From positions 5,534-69,533 of the forward strand of contig JABGUJ010000001.1 in NCBI GenBank assembly GCA_018646625.1: a DNA stretch of 64,000 nt, written 5' to 3'. Shown one piece after another: positions 27,623-37,434 of this stretch (position 1 is the stretch's first letter; each line of letters starts with the position of its first letter). Source of the DNA: Candidatus Woesearchaeota archaeon. Its GTDB lineage: Archaea; Nanobdellota; Nanobdellia; Woesearchaeales; JABGUJ01. The translations under genes and the position numbers were made by a program. The notes beneath the pieces were generated by a model. That model saw only the letters and a program-made list of their open reading frames with translations, was not told the origin of the DNA and made no database searches.

Positions 27623-28755
27623 GCATCTACAAACTCGCCATCCCTAAACACTTTCAAGATAAAATCGCTTTCATCTCTTATAACATCTCCATTGTGATCA
27701 AATCTAAGACGACCAGAAGAACCTTCATGATCTACCCCGTATAATCCGTTTTTTATACAGACCGGATCTTCACCACACTGCTCTAACAACCCGGCATAGA
27801 TATATACAATATCATAAGCCAAGTAAGGATGAATTGTTGGTTCCTTCCCAGCAATCTCAATATATTTCTCTCGAAAACGTTTAGTCTTAGGATTATCGCT
27901 CTCCATATCAAACTCATAAAAGGAATATATTCCTTCAGCAGCCTCTCCCGCAATCTGATAAACTTCAGGACCCCACGAAGACGGATTAATCATAAATGGA
28001 ACATCAATACCCAACTCTCTTGCTTGTTTAACTATCAGACCCCCTTCTTCTGAATGAGACACAAAAAACATAACATCAGGATCACCCGACTTTATTTTCA
28101 AAAGATAAGTTCTAAAATCATGATCTCCGGTCTCAAACTTTTCATAAGCAATAATCTCGCCGCCCAACTCTTCAAACTTCTTCACAAAAGCATCTCCTAA
28201 CCCAACACCATAATCAGAGTTCTTCACAATAACTGCAGCTTTCTTAGCATTAAGAACTGAAACCGACTTTTCAGCAATCTTAAAAGCTTCAACATCGCCA
28301 GCAACCTTGGCCCTAAAAGTAAAATCGCCAGCATATCTCAAGTGAGGAACCGCAGAACCCGGAGTAAATATAGGAATTTGTGATTGCTCAGCAAATGGCG
28401 CAATGTACAAACTATTAACAGTCACATCACTTATCACTGCACTAACACCTCTTGCGGCTAGACTTTGAAATGCTTTTATCGCTTCCTTAGGTTGAGCCAT
28501 ACTATCTTCCATAATAATCTCTAAACGTTTACCATTTATTCCACCATTAGAATTAATTTCATCTTGCGCAATCTGCACGCCTCTCCACACCCTAACACCA
28601 TAAGAATCAGAATTCGCCCCACTCATTGGCATGACCGCCCCAATAGTATAAACTTCTTCTTGCTTAACTACTTCACCAGTAACCCCACATCCAACTATAA
28701 ACATCAAAGCTAACGCTACTAACAATAATCTTAATTTCATTTTTACCTCCAACAA
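27619..28755 (-). CDS. LivJ-like solute-binding lipoprotein, orphan (cassette 2)
   Basis: Lipobox IVGCGVTG; YTIGAVMPMSGANSDSYGVRVWRGVQIAQDEINSNGGINGKRLEIIMEDS. Confidence 0.75.
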   Translation of the reverse strand: MLEVKMKLRLLLVALALMFIVGCGVTGEVVKQEEVYTIGAVMPMSGANSDSYGVRVWRGVQIAQDEINSNGGINGKRLEIIMEDSMAQPKEAIKAFQSLAARGVSAVISDVTVNSLYIAPFAEQSQIPIFTPGSAVPHLRYAGDFTFRAKVAGDVEAFKIAEKSVSVLNAKKAAVIVKNSDYGVGLGDAFVKKFEELGGEIIAYEKFETGDHDFRTYLLKIKSGDPDVMFFVSHSEEGGLIVKQARELGIDVPFMINPSSWGPEVYQIAGEAAEGIYSFYEFDMESDNPKTKRFREKYIEIAGKEPTIHPYLAYDIVYIYAGLLEQCGEDPVCIKNGLYGVDHEGSSGRLRFDHNGDVIRDESDFILKVFRDGEFVDA

Positions 28756-28868
28756 CTTAACGCCAAAACACCTACTTCACCAAGAGCAAAATAAAGATAT
28801 AAAACATCCCCCACCCCGCAGGGGGTTGAATAGAAACACTTAAATAGAATTCAAGCTATAAAACCCCT

Positions 28869-29621
28869 ATGAACACAGAATTACTAAGAGAAATTGGCCT
28901 AACAGACTCTGAAATAAAGGTATATTTAGCATTATTAGAACTAGGATCATCTACCGCGGGACCGATAATAGAAAAATCAAAAGTAACATCATCAAAGATT
29001 TATGAAATACTAGAAAGGCTGATGCAAAAAGGATTAGTTAATTTTGTTATCAAATCTGGAACTCGCTACTACGATACACAATCTCCTTCAAGACTAAAAG
29101 AATATCTACAAGAGAAAAAAAGAACAATACAAGAACAAGAAATCGAAATTGAGAAACTAATTCCGCAACTTGAAATTAAAAGAGAATTAGCGAAGAACAA
29201 GAACGAAGCTTCAATCCATAAAGGCATCAAAGCAATTAAAAATTTCTACCTAAACATATTAGATGAGCTAAATCCAGGAGATGAATATTTTGTTCTTGGT
29301 GCAAATTATGGAGATCACGCAATGGGCATAAGATCCTTTTTTCATAAATACCACCAACAAAGAGCAGATAAAAAAATCAAATTAAATATGCTAGTAAACT
29401 CAGATACAAGAGGCACACTAGTAGAAACTACCGCCCTCAACTCGGAAGTTCGTTACCTCCCCCCGCATTTAATGAGTAACATGACAACAGTATTTTACAA
29501 AAACAAAGCATTTATTTTCTTCCTAACATCAGAACCCACCGGCTTCTTAATAGAAAGCAAAGAAGTCGTTGACGGATTTAGGTCATACTATGACACTTTC
29601 AAGAGAATAGCAAAAAAATAA
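28869..29621 (+). CDS. TrmB-family HTH regulator paralogue (cassette 2)
   Basis: LLREIGLTDSEIKVYLALLELGSSTAGPIIEKSKVTSSKIYEILERLMQKGLVNF. Confidence 0.7.
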   Translation: MNTELLREIGLTDSEIKVYLALLELGSSTAGPIIEKSKVTSSKIYEILERLMQKGLVNFVIKSGTRYYDTQSPSRLKEYLQEKKRTIQEQEIEIEKLIPQLEIKRELAKNKNEASIHKGIKAIKNFYLNILDELNPGDEYFVLGANYGDHAMGIRSFFHKYHQQRADKKIKLNMLVNSDTRGTLVETTALNSEVRYLPPHLMSNMTTVFYKNKAFIFFLTSEPTGFLIESKEVVDGFRSYYDTFKRIAKK

Positions 29622-29683
29622 AATCATATAGAAATACATTTAAAGAATAGTGCCTTAAGAGTTATAAGTTAGCAGAACAAGAG

Positions 29684-31033
29684 GTGAATTTTATTAACGA
29701 CAACAATCATGCATTTTATTTAGTAATGATAGTTTCTATAGTTGCAATTGTAGGAATATTTATTATTGTTTCTAGGGGACCAAACACATTAGAGAAAGAT
29801 ATTGCTGGAGAGGCAACTAGAGCAATCACAGGAGAGATCATAAAAAAACCATTAATGACGCATGTAAATGATGCGTGGATTTACTCCAACATGGAAGTCT
29901 TAGAACTTGGGAAGACTGTCAAAATTCACAGAACAAATGTACTTTTCAAGAAAAAATTAACACCCGAGATAAAAAAAATAAGAGACGCAAAAGCAACAAG
30001 ATTTGTTAGAATACCAAAGTTCATGATCTGTCTAAACAACATATGCAATAACTATAAATTGAGCGATAAAATTGTGATTGAGGAAATAACATATACGCTA
30101 AGCAGTACAGACAACAAAATTAGATTAATCTCTAACAATATTGATGATTGGGATATTCTTCCTCAGATAGCAACACAAATATTTGAACAGACAGAAACCC
30201 ATAATATTCCCGTGATAGAACCGGCAGGCCATTTTAAGACCTATATAGAAGAGAATGTCGATCAAAGGGTCCCTAAATACTTACAAGTTGGCATAATAGT
30301 AGATGACACCGACTACACAATAACTGATGAAGAAATAGAGGACTTCATCAGTCTTATGGACAAAGAACTGTCGAAAAAAACAAACATAAATGTGAAATTA
30401 CACGGAATAAGACATACAAATTTTGGAATAACGGCAGATAATTATTATAACGAAAACAATGATAATCCACCAGATTATGTCATTATCTTTAGAAGCAATA
30501 CAATCTCATTAAGTTATGGAGGTTACGCAATAACCTCCTCTAACCTCATCGAAGAAGGATACTGTAATAATTTTGTTTCTCCTTACCAGAGTGCAAATCT
30601 TATTTGGGGTGCTGTAATTGATTGGACTCATATATATTCCGGATGTGGTTATGACTTAGAGCATTACAAAAGCACAGGAGAGTTAAATCATATAAGTAAC
30701 GTAAGTTTAGATGATGGTTCATGCAAAAACCAAGCAGGGATAGCTTGTGTATTTAACGACATTGTTGAGTACTATGCCTGCAGTAATAAGGATCCCTCCC
30801 ACCCCTATCTACAAAGCAAGATGTCTTTTTTAGCATTTGTAGCCATACATGAATTATTACACCACTTCGGCAATACCCATAATTACGATCATTTTGGAAC
30901 AGACACATGTGATGATATCATGGGAAGCGAAGATTACAAGCAAAGCTGGAATCATCTTTCGTCTTTTGGCATGTGCCCCTATACCATCGACAATCTCGCA
31001 ACAAGTTATAATTATCTGCGAATATGTAGTTAA
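29684..31033 (+). CDS. Membrane-anchored putative zinc metallopeptidase with metzincin-type HExxHxxGxxH motif
   Basis: N-terminal TM anchor; near the C-terminus HELLHHFGNTH followed by Cys/Met-containing segment (TDTCDDIMGS...MCPY); otherwise no similarity recognised. Confidence 0.4.
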   Translation: MNFINDNNHAFYLVMIVSIVAIVGIFIIVSRGPNTLEKDIAGEATRAITGEIIKKPLMTHVNDAWIYSNMEVLELGKTVKIHRTNVLFKKKLTPEIKKIRDAKATRFVRIPKFMICLNNICNNYKLSDKIVIEEITYTLSSTDNKIRLISNNIDDWDILPQIATQIFEQTETHNIPVIEPAGHFKTYIEENVDQRVPKYLQVGIIVDDTDYTITDEEIEDFISLMDKELSKKTNINVKLHGIRHTNFGITADNYYNENNDNPPDYVIIFRSNTISLSYGGYAITSSNLIEEGYCNNFVSPYQSANLIWGAVIDWTHIYSGCGYDLEHYKSTGELNHISNVSLDDGSCKNQAGIACVFNDIVEYYACSNKDPSHPYLQSKMSFLAFVAIHELLHHFGNTHNYDHFGTDTCDDIMGSEDYKQSWNHLSSFGMCPYTIDNLATSYNYLRICS

Positions 31034-31034
31034 G

Positions 31035-32198
31035 TCACTCAACCAAAACAAATTCACCATTTCTAACAGTTTTCATTTGTATTGGCCGATAAAGGCCCCA
31101 AATTCCATTCTCAAACTCCAAGTCTCCGCCAGCTCCAGAATATGATTCCATAGACGACAAGTACTCCACTAAACAGTCAGCATCACCATCACAAACTTCA
31201 AAACCTTCAAATAATAACATCAAAACATCATATCCAACAGCACCATAGTACTTATCAACTAATGCCTCACCATAATGCAATTCATACTCAGCTATAAACT
31301 CAGCACTCACAACATCTTCAGGATCAAAGTCATACATAATAGCAGTAACACCATCAGCTGCGTCACCCGCTAAAGCAACAACACTATCATAAGACACCAA
31401 CTCTTGGCCATATACAGGCAACTCAACTTCAAGCTCCTTAATTTGCTTCAACATCATTGCCGCACCAGGAATACCAATTGGTAAAATCAACATCGCTTCT
31501 GGCTCTGCATCTTTAACCTTTAGGATTTGAGTTCTCATATCTGAAGAACCAAAGTCATAAGTCTCAGCAATAATAACATCCCCACCAAGTTTCTCAAACT
31601 CTTCTGTGAAAACTTCATAATAACCAATGGGATAATCATTGTTTTCATAGATTACACCAACAGTTTTTATTTCATGAGAGCTAATCAACTTTGCAGCTTC
31701 AGTTGCAGCCAACCGTGAAGATGCAGATATTCTAAAAACATAGTCACCCGCATATGTTATCTTTGGTGATGCAGCTACAGGAGTAATATGAATTATTTTG
31801 TTTGCTTCCGCAATCGGAGCAACAGCCAATGCAACACTGCTACAAATTCCTGTAACAATTACATCAACTTTATCCACATTAACAAACTTATTTGCAATAA
31901 TTGCAGCCTCACTTGGATTACACCTGCTATCCTCAACTACAATCTCAATCTTCTTACCACCCATATTGATCTGATCTAAAGCCAACAAAAGGGATTTTTC
32001 AACAGGATAACCAACACTAGCCAACGGCCCGGTCTGAGGAACCATGAATCCAACCTTAACTACATCTTTCTCAACTTTTACAACTTCACCAGTAACTGTA
32101 CCACAACCAGTAAATACGCTAAACACTAACAATAAAGCTACCGCTAAAACAATCAGTTTATTCATTTTAAGCCTCCAGATGACCTCTTTAGAAGCCAA
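31035..32198 (-). CDS. LivJ-like solute-binding lipoprotein, orphan (cassette 3)
   Basis: Lipobox FTGCGTVTG; VKVGFMVPQTGPLASVGYPVEKSLLLALDQIN...KIEIVVEDS. Confidence 0.75.
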   Translation of the reverse strand: MASKEVIWRLKMNKLIVLAVALLLVFSVFTGCGTVTGEVVKVEKDVVKVGFMVPQTGPLASVGYPVEKSLLLALDQINMGGKKIEIVVEDSRCNPSEAAIIANKFVNVDKVDVIVTGICSSVALAVAPIAEANKIIHITPVAASPKITYAGDYVFRISASSRLAATEAAKLISSHEIKTVGVIYENNDYPIGYYEVFTEEFEKLGGDVIIAETYDFGSSDMRTQILKVKDAEPEAMLILPIGIPGAAMMLKQIKELEVELPVYGQELVSYDSVVALAGDAADGVTAIMYDFDPEDVVSAEFIAEYELHYGEALVDKYYGAVGYDVLMLLFEGFEVCDGDADCLVEYLSSMESYSGAGGDLEFENGIWGLYRPIQMKTVRNGEFVLVE

Positions 32199-32268
32199 CC
32201 TCTTTTTTGTTACTACTTAACAGATACATTAAATATATAAATACTCCCTCCCACCAAGTGAGGTGTAA

Positions 32269-33027
32269 ATGAAAAAAGAGAAACTATCTTCAACATTAGA
32301 GAATATAGGCCTCACTAAAGGCGAAATCACAATTTACTTCTCATTACTAGAATTAGGCTCAACAACTACGGGAAAGATAATAGAAAACGCACAAATATCA
32401 TCTGGCAAAATATACGAAATACTTGACAAACTGATAAACAAAGGTTTGGTGAATTACATAGTAAAAGGAAAAATAAAATATTTTAATGCAGCCACACCAG
32501 ATTCTCTTTTAGAATTTGTTGAAGAGAAAAAATCTAACCTAGAAAAGAGAGAAAAAGAAATCAGAAACATTCTTCCAGATCTAAAAGAGTTACATAAATT
32601 CACAGAAGAAGAAAGTTGCGCAGTAGTCTATAAAGGGATCAAAGGATTAAAACATGCAGCAGATCTAACATTGGAACACGCAGAACCTGGTGATGAATAC
32701 ACAGCAATGGGATTAGTGGAACACAAACCAGAAAAATTCAACCTATTCTGGAGACAGTTCCATCAAAAACGTGCAGAGAAAGGTGTAAAAACAAGACTAC
32801 TATTTGCAGAGGAAAGCGAAAGATATGCAAAACAACTAAAAAACATTCCGTTATCAGAAGTAAGAGTCTTAAAATCAGTTAGCGCATCAGCTGTAACACT
32901 TATAGGCCCACATCTGAAAATAATAGATTACGACAGTGAAACCACAATATATATCAAGAATAAATACATAGCAAAATCATTCAAAGCATTCTTTGAAAGT
33001 CTTTGGAAACTAGGAGATAAAGTATAA
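32269..33027 (+). CDS. TrmB-family HTH regulator paralogue (cassette 3)
   Basis: LENIGLTKGEITIYFSLLELGSTTTGKIIENAQISSGKIYEILDKLINKGLVNY; GAGGTG SD 5 nt before ATG. Confidence 0.7.
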   Translation: MKKEKLSSTLENIGLTKGEITIYFSLLELGSTTTGKIIENAQISSGKIYEILDKLINKGLVNYIVKGKIKYFNAATPDSLLEFVEEKKSNLEKREKEIRNILPDLKELHKFTEEESCAVVYKGIKGLKHAADLTLEHAEPGDEYTAMGLVEHKPEKFNLFWRQFHQKRAEKGVKTRLLFAEESERYAKQLKNIPLSEVRVLKSVSASAVTLIGPHLKIIDYDSETTIYIKNKYIAKSFKAFFESLWKLGDKV

Positions 33028-33851
33028 TGACCCACATCAACGTCGATAAAAAACAACTAGACAAATTAAGAGAGCAAGGGTTCTTCGATATAGAACTAAA
33101 AACAGAATATGAAACACGAAGAATGCAAAGACTTCAACCCAAAACATCATTAATTCTCTACAATTCAAAAAAACTAGTAATCCAAGCAAGTGATGAAATC
33201 AAAAAACAAGTTGAACACACACTTAAAGACCTAGCAATTGGTAAGAAGTTAACAAAACAAGAAGTACAAAAGATCATCCTCACAGGCACCACCATTGGTT
33301 CGGATGAAACTCTAAAAGGCGATACATTTGGAGGGTTAGTTGTCGCAGCCGTAAGGGTAGATGACAAAACAAGAGAATCATTAGAATTACTAGGAGTACA
33401 AGATTCAAAAAAAATCAAAGATGAAAAGATTGCAGGATTCTCAGAAGAAATAAAACGAATAGTAGGGAAAGAAAACTACGCAATAAAAAACGTCAAACCA
33501 AAAGAATACAACAAACATGATTCACAAGATCTCCTTAACGCACTCCACACTCAAGTCGCATTAGAACTTGGTGAAGGAACTCACATAGTAGATCAATATC
33601 CAGGATGTAAAGTGGGGGATATCAAAGAATTCAAAGCAGAATCAAAATACCCCAGCGTTGCAGCCGCATCAATCATTGCAAGAGACGCAGCGTTAAAACA
33701 ATTAGGAACATTAAGCAACGAACTAGGCATAGATATTCCAAAAGGTTCAACACATGTTAAAGAAGCATTAGAATATCTAAAGAGGTCAAAGAGAAACCCT
33801 GAAGAGTTCGTAAAGATGCACTTCAGAAATGTTAAAGAAATATTCAGCTAA
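33027..33851 (+). CDS. rnhC: RNase HIII-like ribonuclease (RNase HII family with about 95-aa N-terminal extension)
   Basis: GSDETLKGDTFGGLVVAAV resembles the RNase HIII GSDE-GKGD catalytic motif; C-terminal KYPSVAAASIIAR matches the RNase HII-family SAASI motif; start overlaps the TrmB stop by 1 nt. Confidence 0.55.
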   Translation: MTHINVDKKQLDKLREQGFFDIELKTEYETRRMQRLQPKTSLILYNSKKLVIQASDEIKKQVEHTLKDLAIGKKLTKQEVQKIILTGTTIGSDETLKGDTFGGLVVAAVRVDDKTRESLELLGVQDSKKIKDEKIAGFSEEIKRIVGKENYAIKNVKPKEYNKHDSQDLLNALHTQVALELGEGTHIVDQYPGCKVGDIKEFKAESKYPSVAAASIIARDAALKQLGTLSNELGIDIPKGSTHVKEALEYLKRSKRNPEEFVKMHFRNVKEIFS

Positions 33852-33939
33852 AATGCCAAGATTCTGGCGTTACAGACATTAACAAGCAAAAACTTTATAA
33901 AAGTCGTAAAAAACAAATAAAGCAAAAAAGGGGATATGA

Positions 33940-36900
33940 TTGACTAAGATAAATAAATTGGTTATGAGGGGTTTCAAGAGCTTCGCTAAGAAGACAGAAC
34001 TCATCTTTGGAGATGATTTTAACGTCATTCTTGGCCCCAACGGATCAGGAAAATCTAATGTTCTAGACGCCCTATGCTTTGTATTAGGCAAGTCAAGTGC
34101 AAAAGCACTTAGAAGTGAAAAATCCGCCAACCTAATCTATAACGGTGGCAAGAGTAAAAAACCAGCATCCGAAGCAGAAGTTAGTATCTATTTCGACAAC
34201 ACAAAAAAAGAACTACCTACTGAAGAAGATCAAGTTAAGATCACAAGACTTGTAAAACCAAGCGGACAAAGCGTATACAAAATAAATGACGTAACAAGAA
34301 CTCGACATCACATCATAGAACTTCTAAGCATAGTGAAAATTAATCCTGATGGTTATAACATTATACTCCAAGGAGACATTGTGCGATTCTGTGAAATGTC
34401 ACCCAACGATCGTAGAGTTCTAATTGAAGATATATCTGGAATTGGCATGTATGAAGAAAAGAAGAACAAAGCCATAAATGAACTAAACAAAGTTGAAGAA
34501 AGACTAAAAGAAGTAGAAATTATACTATCAGAAAGAGAATCAAGACTTAAAGATCTAAAGAAAGAAAGAGATCAAGCACTAGCATTCAATGACCTTAACC
34601 AAAAAATAACCCAGAACAAAGCAACTTACATTTACAAGAACATAAAAAACAAACAAGAATCTGTTGATAAACAAGACAATAGAATTAGAAAAGAAAGAGA
34701 AGAACTAGACAAAGCAAATGGAGAAATCCAGAAAATCAAATATCTAATAGAACAAAAGAAGAAAGAAATTGAAGAAATTAATAAAGAAATTGAACAGAAA
34801 GGCGAGAAAGATCAAGTCACAATCCATAAACAAGTAGAAGAACTAAAAATTGATCTGGCAACATCTACAGATAAAGTCAAGAATCACGAAAATGAGATCG
34901 TGAAACTTAATACAAGAAAAGAAAATGTTAACCGAAGCCTGGCAGAGATACAAGCCAAAATAGATACCCTCTTCCAACAAAGAAATGATACTAAGAAATC
35001 GTTCCAGTCTGCTGCAAATCTAAAAGAAGAGATTGAAAAGAAAATTAAAGACTTTAAGAAGAAGAATAATCTCGATAACCTTGGAGACATAGAGAAAGAA
35101 GTTGACATCCTTGACACAGATGCAGAAGCTAAACAAAAAGAAATTCAAGATGCAAGACAGCAACAGCAAAACCTTCTAAGAGAAAAAGATAGAATTGAGA
35201 TGCAAATTCAATCTGTGGACGAGAAGATAAACAAAGTATTAGAGCTACAAAAAGAAAACAAATCTCAACTAGAAGAACTCAAATATAAGAAAGAAGAATT
35301 CAAGAAAACCACATCACAATTATCAAAGAGAATAAATGACGATTCAAGCTACGCCGCTCAATTAGGGGAATCCAGAAAAAAATTAATGGTGGCCAACGAA
35401 GAGCTAGCTAAACTAAGAAACAGAAGTGTAGGAATTCAAGAAAAGATAGCAGGAAACATCGCACTTAAAAGAATATTAGAAGAAAAGAAAAGCATCCCCG
35501 GGATCTACGGCACTGTCTCCGAGTTAGGAGAAGTTCAAACCAGATACTCTTTAGCACTAGAAGTCGCTGCGGGAGCTAAAATCAAAAGCGTAGTAGTAGA
35601 AAGCGACGCAGTTGCCTCTAAATGCATCTCATTCCTTAAAGAAAATAAATTAGGTATTGCAACATTTTTACCATTAAACAAAATTAAAGGCAGAACTAGC
35701 GACCCCAAAGTCAAAGTATTATCAAGATCAAATGGGGCACACGGCCTAGCCATTGATTTAATCACGTACGATTCAAAGTTCAAGAATGTATTTGAATACG
35801 TTTTCTCAGATACGGTGGTCGTTGAGAACATCACAACAGCAAGAAGAATTGGGATTGGTTCTGCTAAAATGGTTACTCTTGATGGAGATACGGCAGAGGT
35901 ATCAGGAGCAATGCAAGGCGGTTTTAGAAAACGAGAGAAAGGTTTAGGATTTGTAGAAAAAGAAGTATCAAGATCACTGAAACAATATGAAAAAGTCTCA
36001 GAAGAGATGGAAATAAAGATATCCTCAATACAAACACAGAAATCTGTCAATGAAGAAGAGATCGTAAAATTAAGAGAATTCAAAGCACATCTAGAAGGAG
36101 ACATAATCAAACTTGAAAAGATACTACATCTGGACTCAGGAGACACAGAAGCTAACAATAAACTAAGAAAAGAACTAGAACAACAAGCAGAAAAGATGGA
36201 CAGCGACATAAACAAAGTCCAGAACACCCTTAGTGGAATGAATCGAGAATTGGCCCAAAACAAGATAGCCAAACAAGAGTTAAGAAACAAGATTAACGAA
36301 CTAAGAAACCCTGTTTTGATTGCAGAATTAAACGCATTTGAAGAGAAAAGAAAAGAACTTAACGAAACCATGATCAAGACAGAAGCAGAGTTAAACAGCA
36401 TCAAAGCCCAAGTTAAAAACATATTAGAACCAGAAATATCAAACTTAAACAAAGTCAAGAGAGAACTCAAAAGTGAAGAAGAAAACATCACCGAGAGTAT
36501 AAAATCTACTAAAAAACACATTTCTAGCTTGAAAACAGAACTAACATCTAAAGAAAAAGAACAAAAACGATTCCAAGAACAATTTAAAGGATTATTTGGT
36601 CAAAGACAAAAACTTAGTGACGAAGTAAGCAAACAAGAAACTAAATTGGGTACATATGACGAACGTTCAAGACAAGCAGAACACAAAATAAACGCAATCT
36701 CATTAGAAAGTGCAAAGTTCAAAGCAGAACTTGAAGCGCTAAGACAAGAATATGAACCTTACAAAGATGTTGACTTAATTATGAACAAGTCCGTCGACCA
36801 ACTAAAACAAGAGATCTACAACGCAGAACGAAGAATAGAACGTATGGGTAGCATTAACATGAGATCTCTAGAAATCTATGATCAAATTGAAAAAGAATAC

Positions 36901-37434
36901 CATAGCTTAGTTGAAAAGAAAGAAAGACTAAGATTAGAGAAAGAAGATGTAATGGCCATGATGGATGAAATTGAAGGCAAAAAAGTAATACAGTTCATGA
37001 AAACGTTCGAAGGCGTTAATGAACATTTCAAAAACATCTTCCTAGCATTATCCACAAAAGGGGATGCCTCAATGGTTCTAGAAAATAAAGAACAGCCATT
37101 TGACGGCGGCGTATTAATTAAAGTAAAAATCTCAGGTAACAAGTTTATGGACATCAGAAGTTTATCGGGTGGAGAGAAAACAATGACTGCACTAGCATTT
37201 ATCTTCTCAATCCAAGAACACGATCCAGCATCATTCTACATAATGGACGAAGTTGATGCAGCTCTAGACAAAAAGAATTCCGAAAGGCTGGCACAACTAG
37301 TAAAGAAATACTGCGACAGAGCACAATACGTGGTAATAAGCCATAATGATTCAGTAATTTCAGAAGGAGATAGACTATACGGCGTATCAATGGACGAACA
37401 CGGAGTAAGTAAAGTTGTCAGCCTTAAAGTTTAG
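33940..37434 (+). CDS. smc: Chromosome segregation protein SMC
   Basis: N-terminal Walker A GPNGSGKSN, long coiled coils, hinge (IPGIYGTVSELGEV...), C-terminal signature LSGGEKT and Walker B FYIMDEVDAALD; 1164 aa. Confidence 0.9.
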   Translation: MTKINKLVMRGFKSFAKKTELIFGDDFNVILGPNGSGKSNVLDALCFVLGKSSAKALRSEKSANLIYNGGKSKKPASEAEVSIYFDNTKKELPTEEDQVKITRLVKPSGQSVYKINDVTRTRHHIIELLSIVKINPDGYNIILQGDIVRFCEMSPNDRRVLIEDISGIGMYEEKKNKAINELNKVEERLKEVEIILSERESRLKDLKKERDQALAFNDLNQKITQNKATYIYKNIKNKQESVDKQDNRIRKEREELDKANGEIQKIKYLIEQKKKEIEEINKEIEQKGEKDQVTIHKQVEELKIDLATSTDKVKNHENEIVKLNTRKENVNRSLAEIQAKIDTLFQQRNDTKKSFQSAANLKEEIEKKIKDFKKKNNLDNLGDIEKEVDILDTDAEAKQKEIQDARQQQQNLLREKDRIEMQIQSVDEKINKVLELQKENKSQLEELKYKKEEFKKTTSQLSKRINDDSSYAAQLGESRKKLMVANEELAKLRNRSVGIQEKIAGNIALKRILEEKKSIPGIYGTVSELGEVQTRYSLALEVAAGAKIKSVVVESDAVASKCISFLKENKLGIATFLPLNKIKGRTSDPKVKVLSRSNGAHGLAIDLITYDSKFKNVFEYVFSDTVVVENITTARRIGIGSAKMVTLDGDTAEVSGAMQGGFRKREKGLGFVEKEVSRSLKQYEKVSEEMEIKISSIQTQKSVNEEEIVKLREFKAHLEGDIIKLEKILHLDSGDTEANNKLRKELEQQAEKMDSDINKVQNTLSGMNRELAQNKIAKQELRNKINELRNPVLIAELNAFEEKRKELNETMIKTEAELNSIKAQVKNILEPEISNLNKVKRELKSEEENITESIKSTKKHISSLKTELTSKEKEQKRFQEQFKGLFGQRQKLSDEVSKQETKLGTYDERSRQAEHKINAISLESAKFKAELEALRQEYEPYKDVDLIMNKSVDQLKQEIYNAERRIERMGSINMRSLEIYDQIEKEYHSLVEKKERLRLEKEDVMAMMDEIEGKKVIQFMKTFEGVNEHFKNIFLALSTKGDASMVLENKEQPFDGGVLIKVKISGNKFMDIRSLSGGEKTMTALAFIFSIQEHDPASFYIMDEVDAALDKKNSERLAQLVKKYCDRAQYVVISHNDSVISEGDRLYGVSMDEHGVSKVVSLKV

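Noticed and set aside
33879-34130. 83-aa minus-strand ORF at the smc start
   Set aside because: Antisense to the SMC Walker A region.
35535-36521. 328-aa minus-strand ORF inside smc
   Set aside because: Ser/Leu/Phe low-complexity mirror of the Lys/Glu-rich SMC coiled coil.
33940-37434. Possibility that the 1164-aa coiled-coil ATPase is the missing Rad50
   Set aside because: It contains an SMC hinge segment rather than a CxxC zinc hook and has the SMC-type N-terminal and C-terminal motifs.
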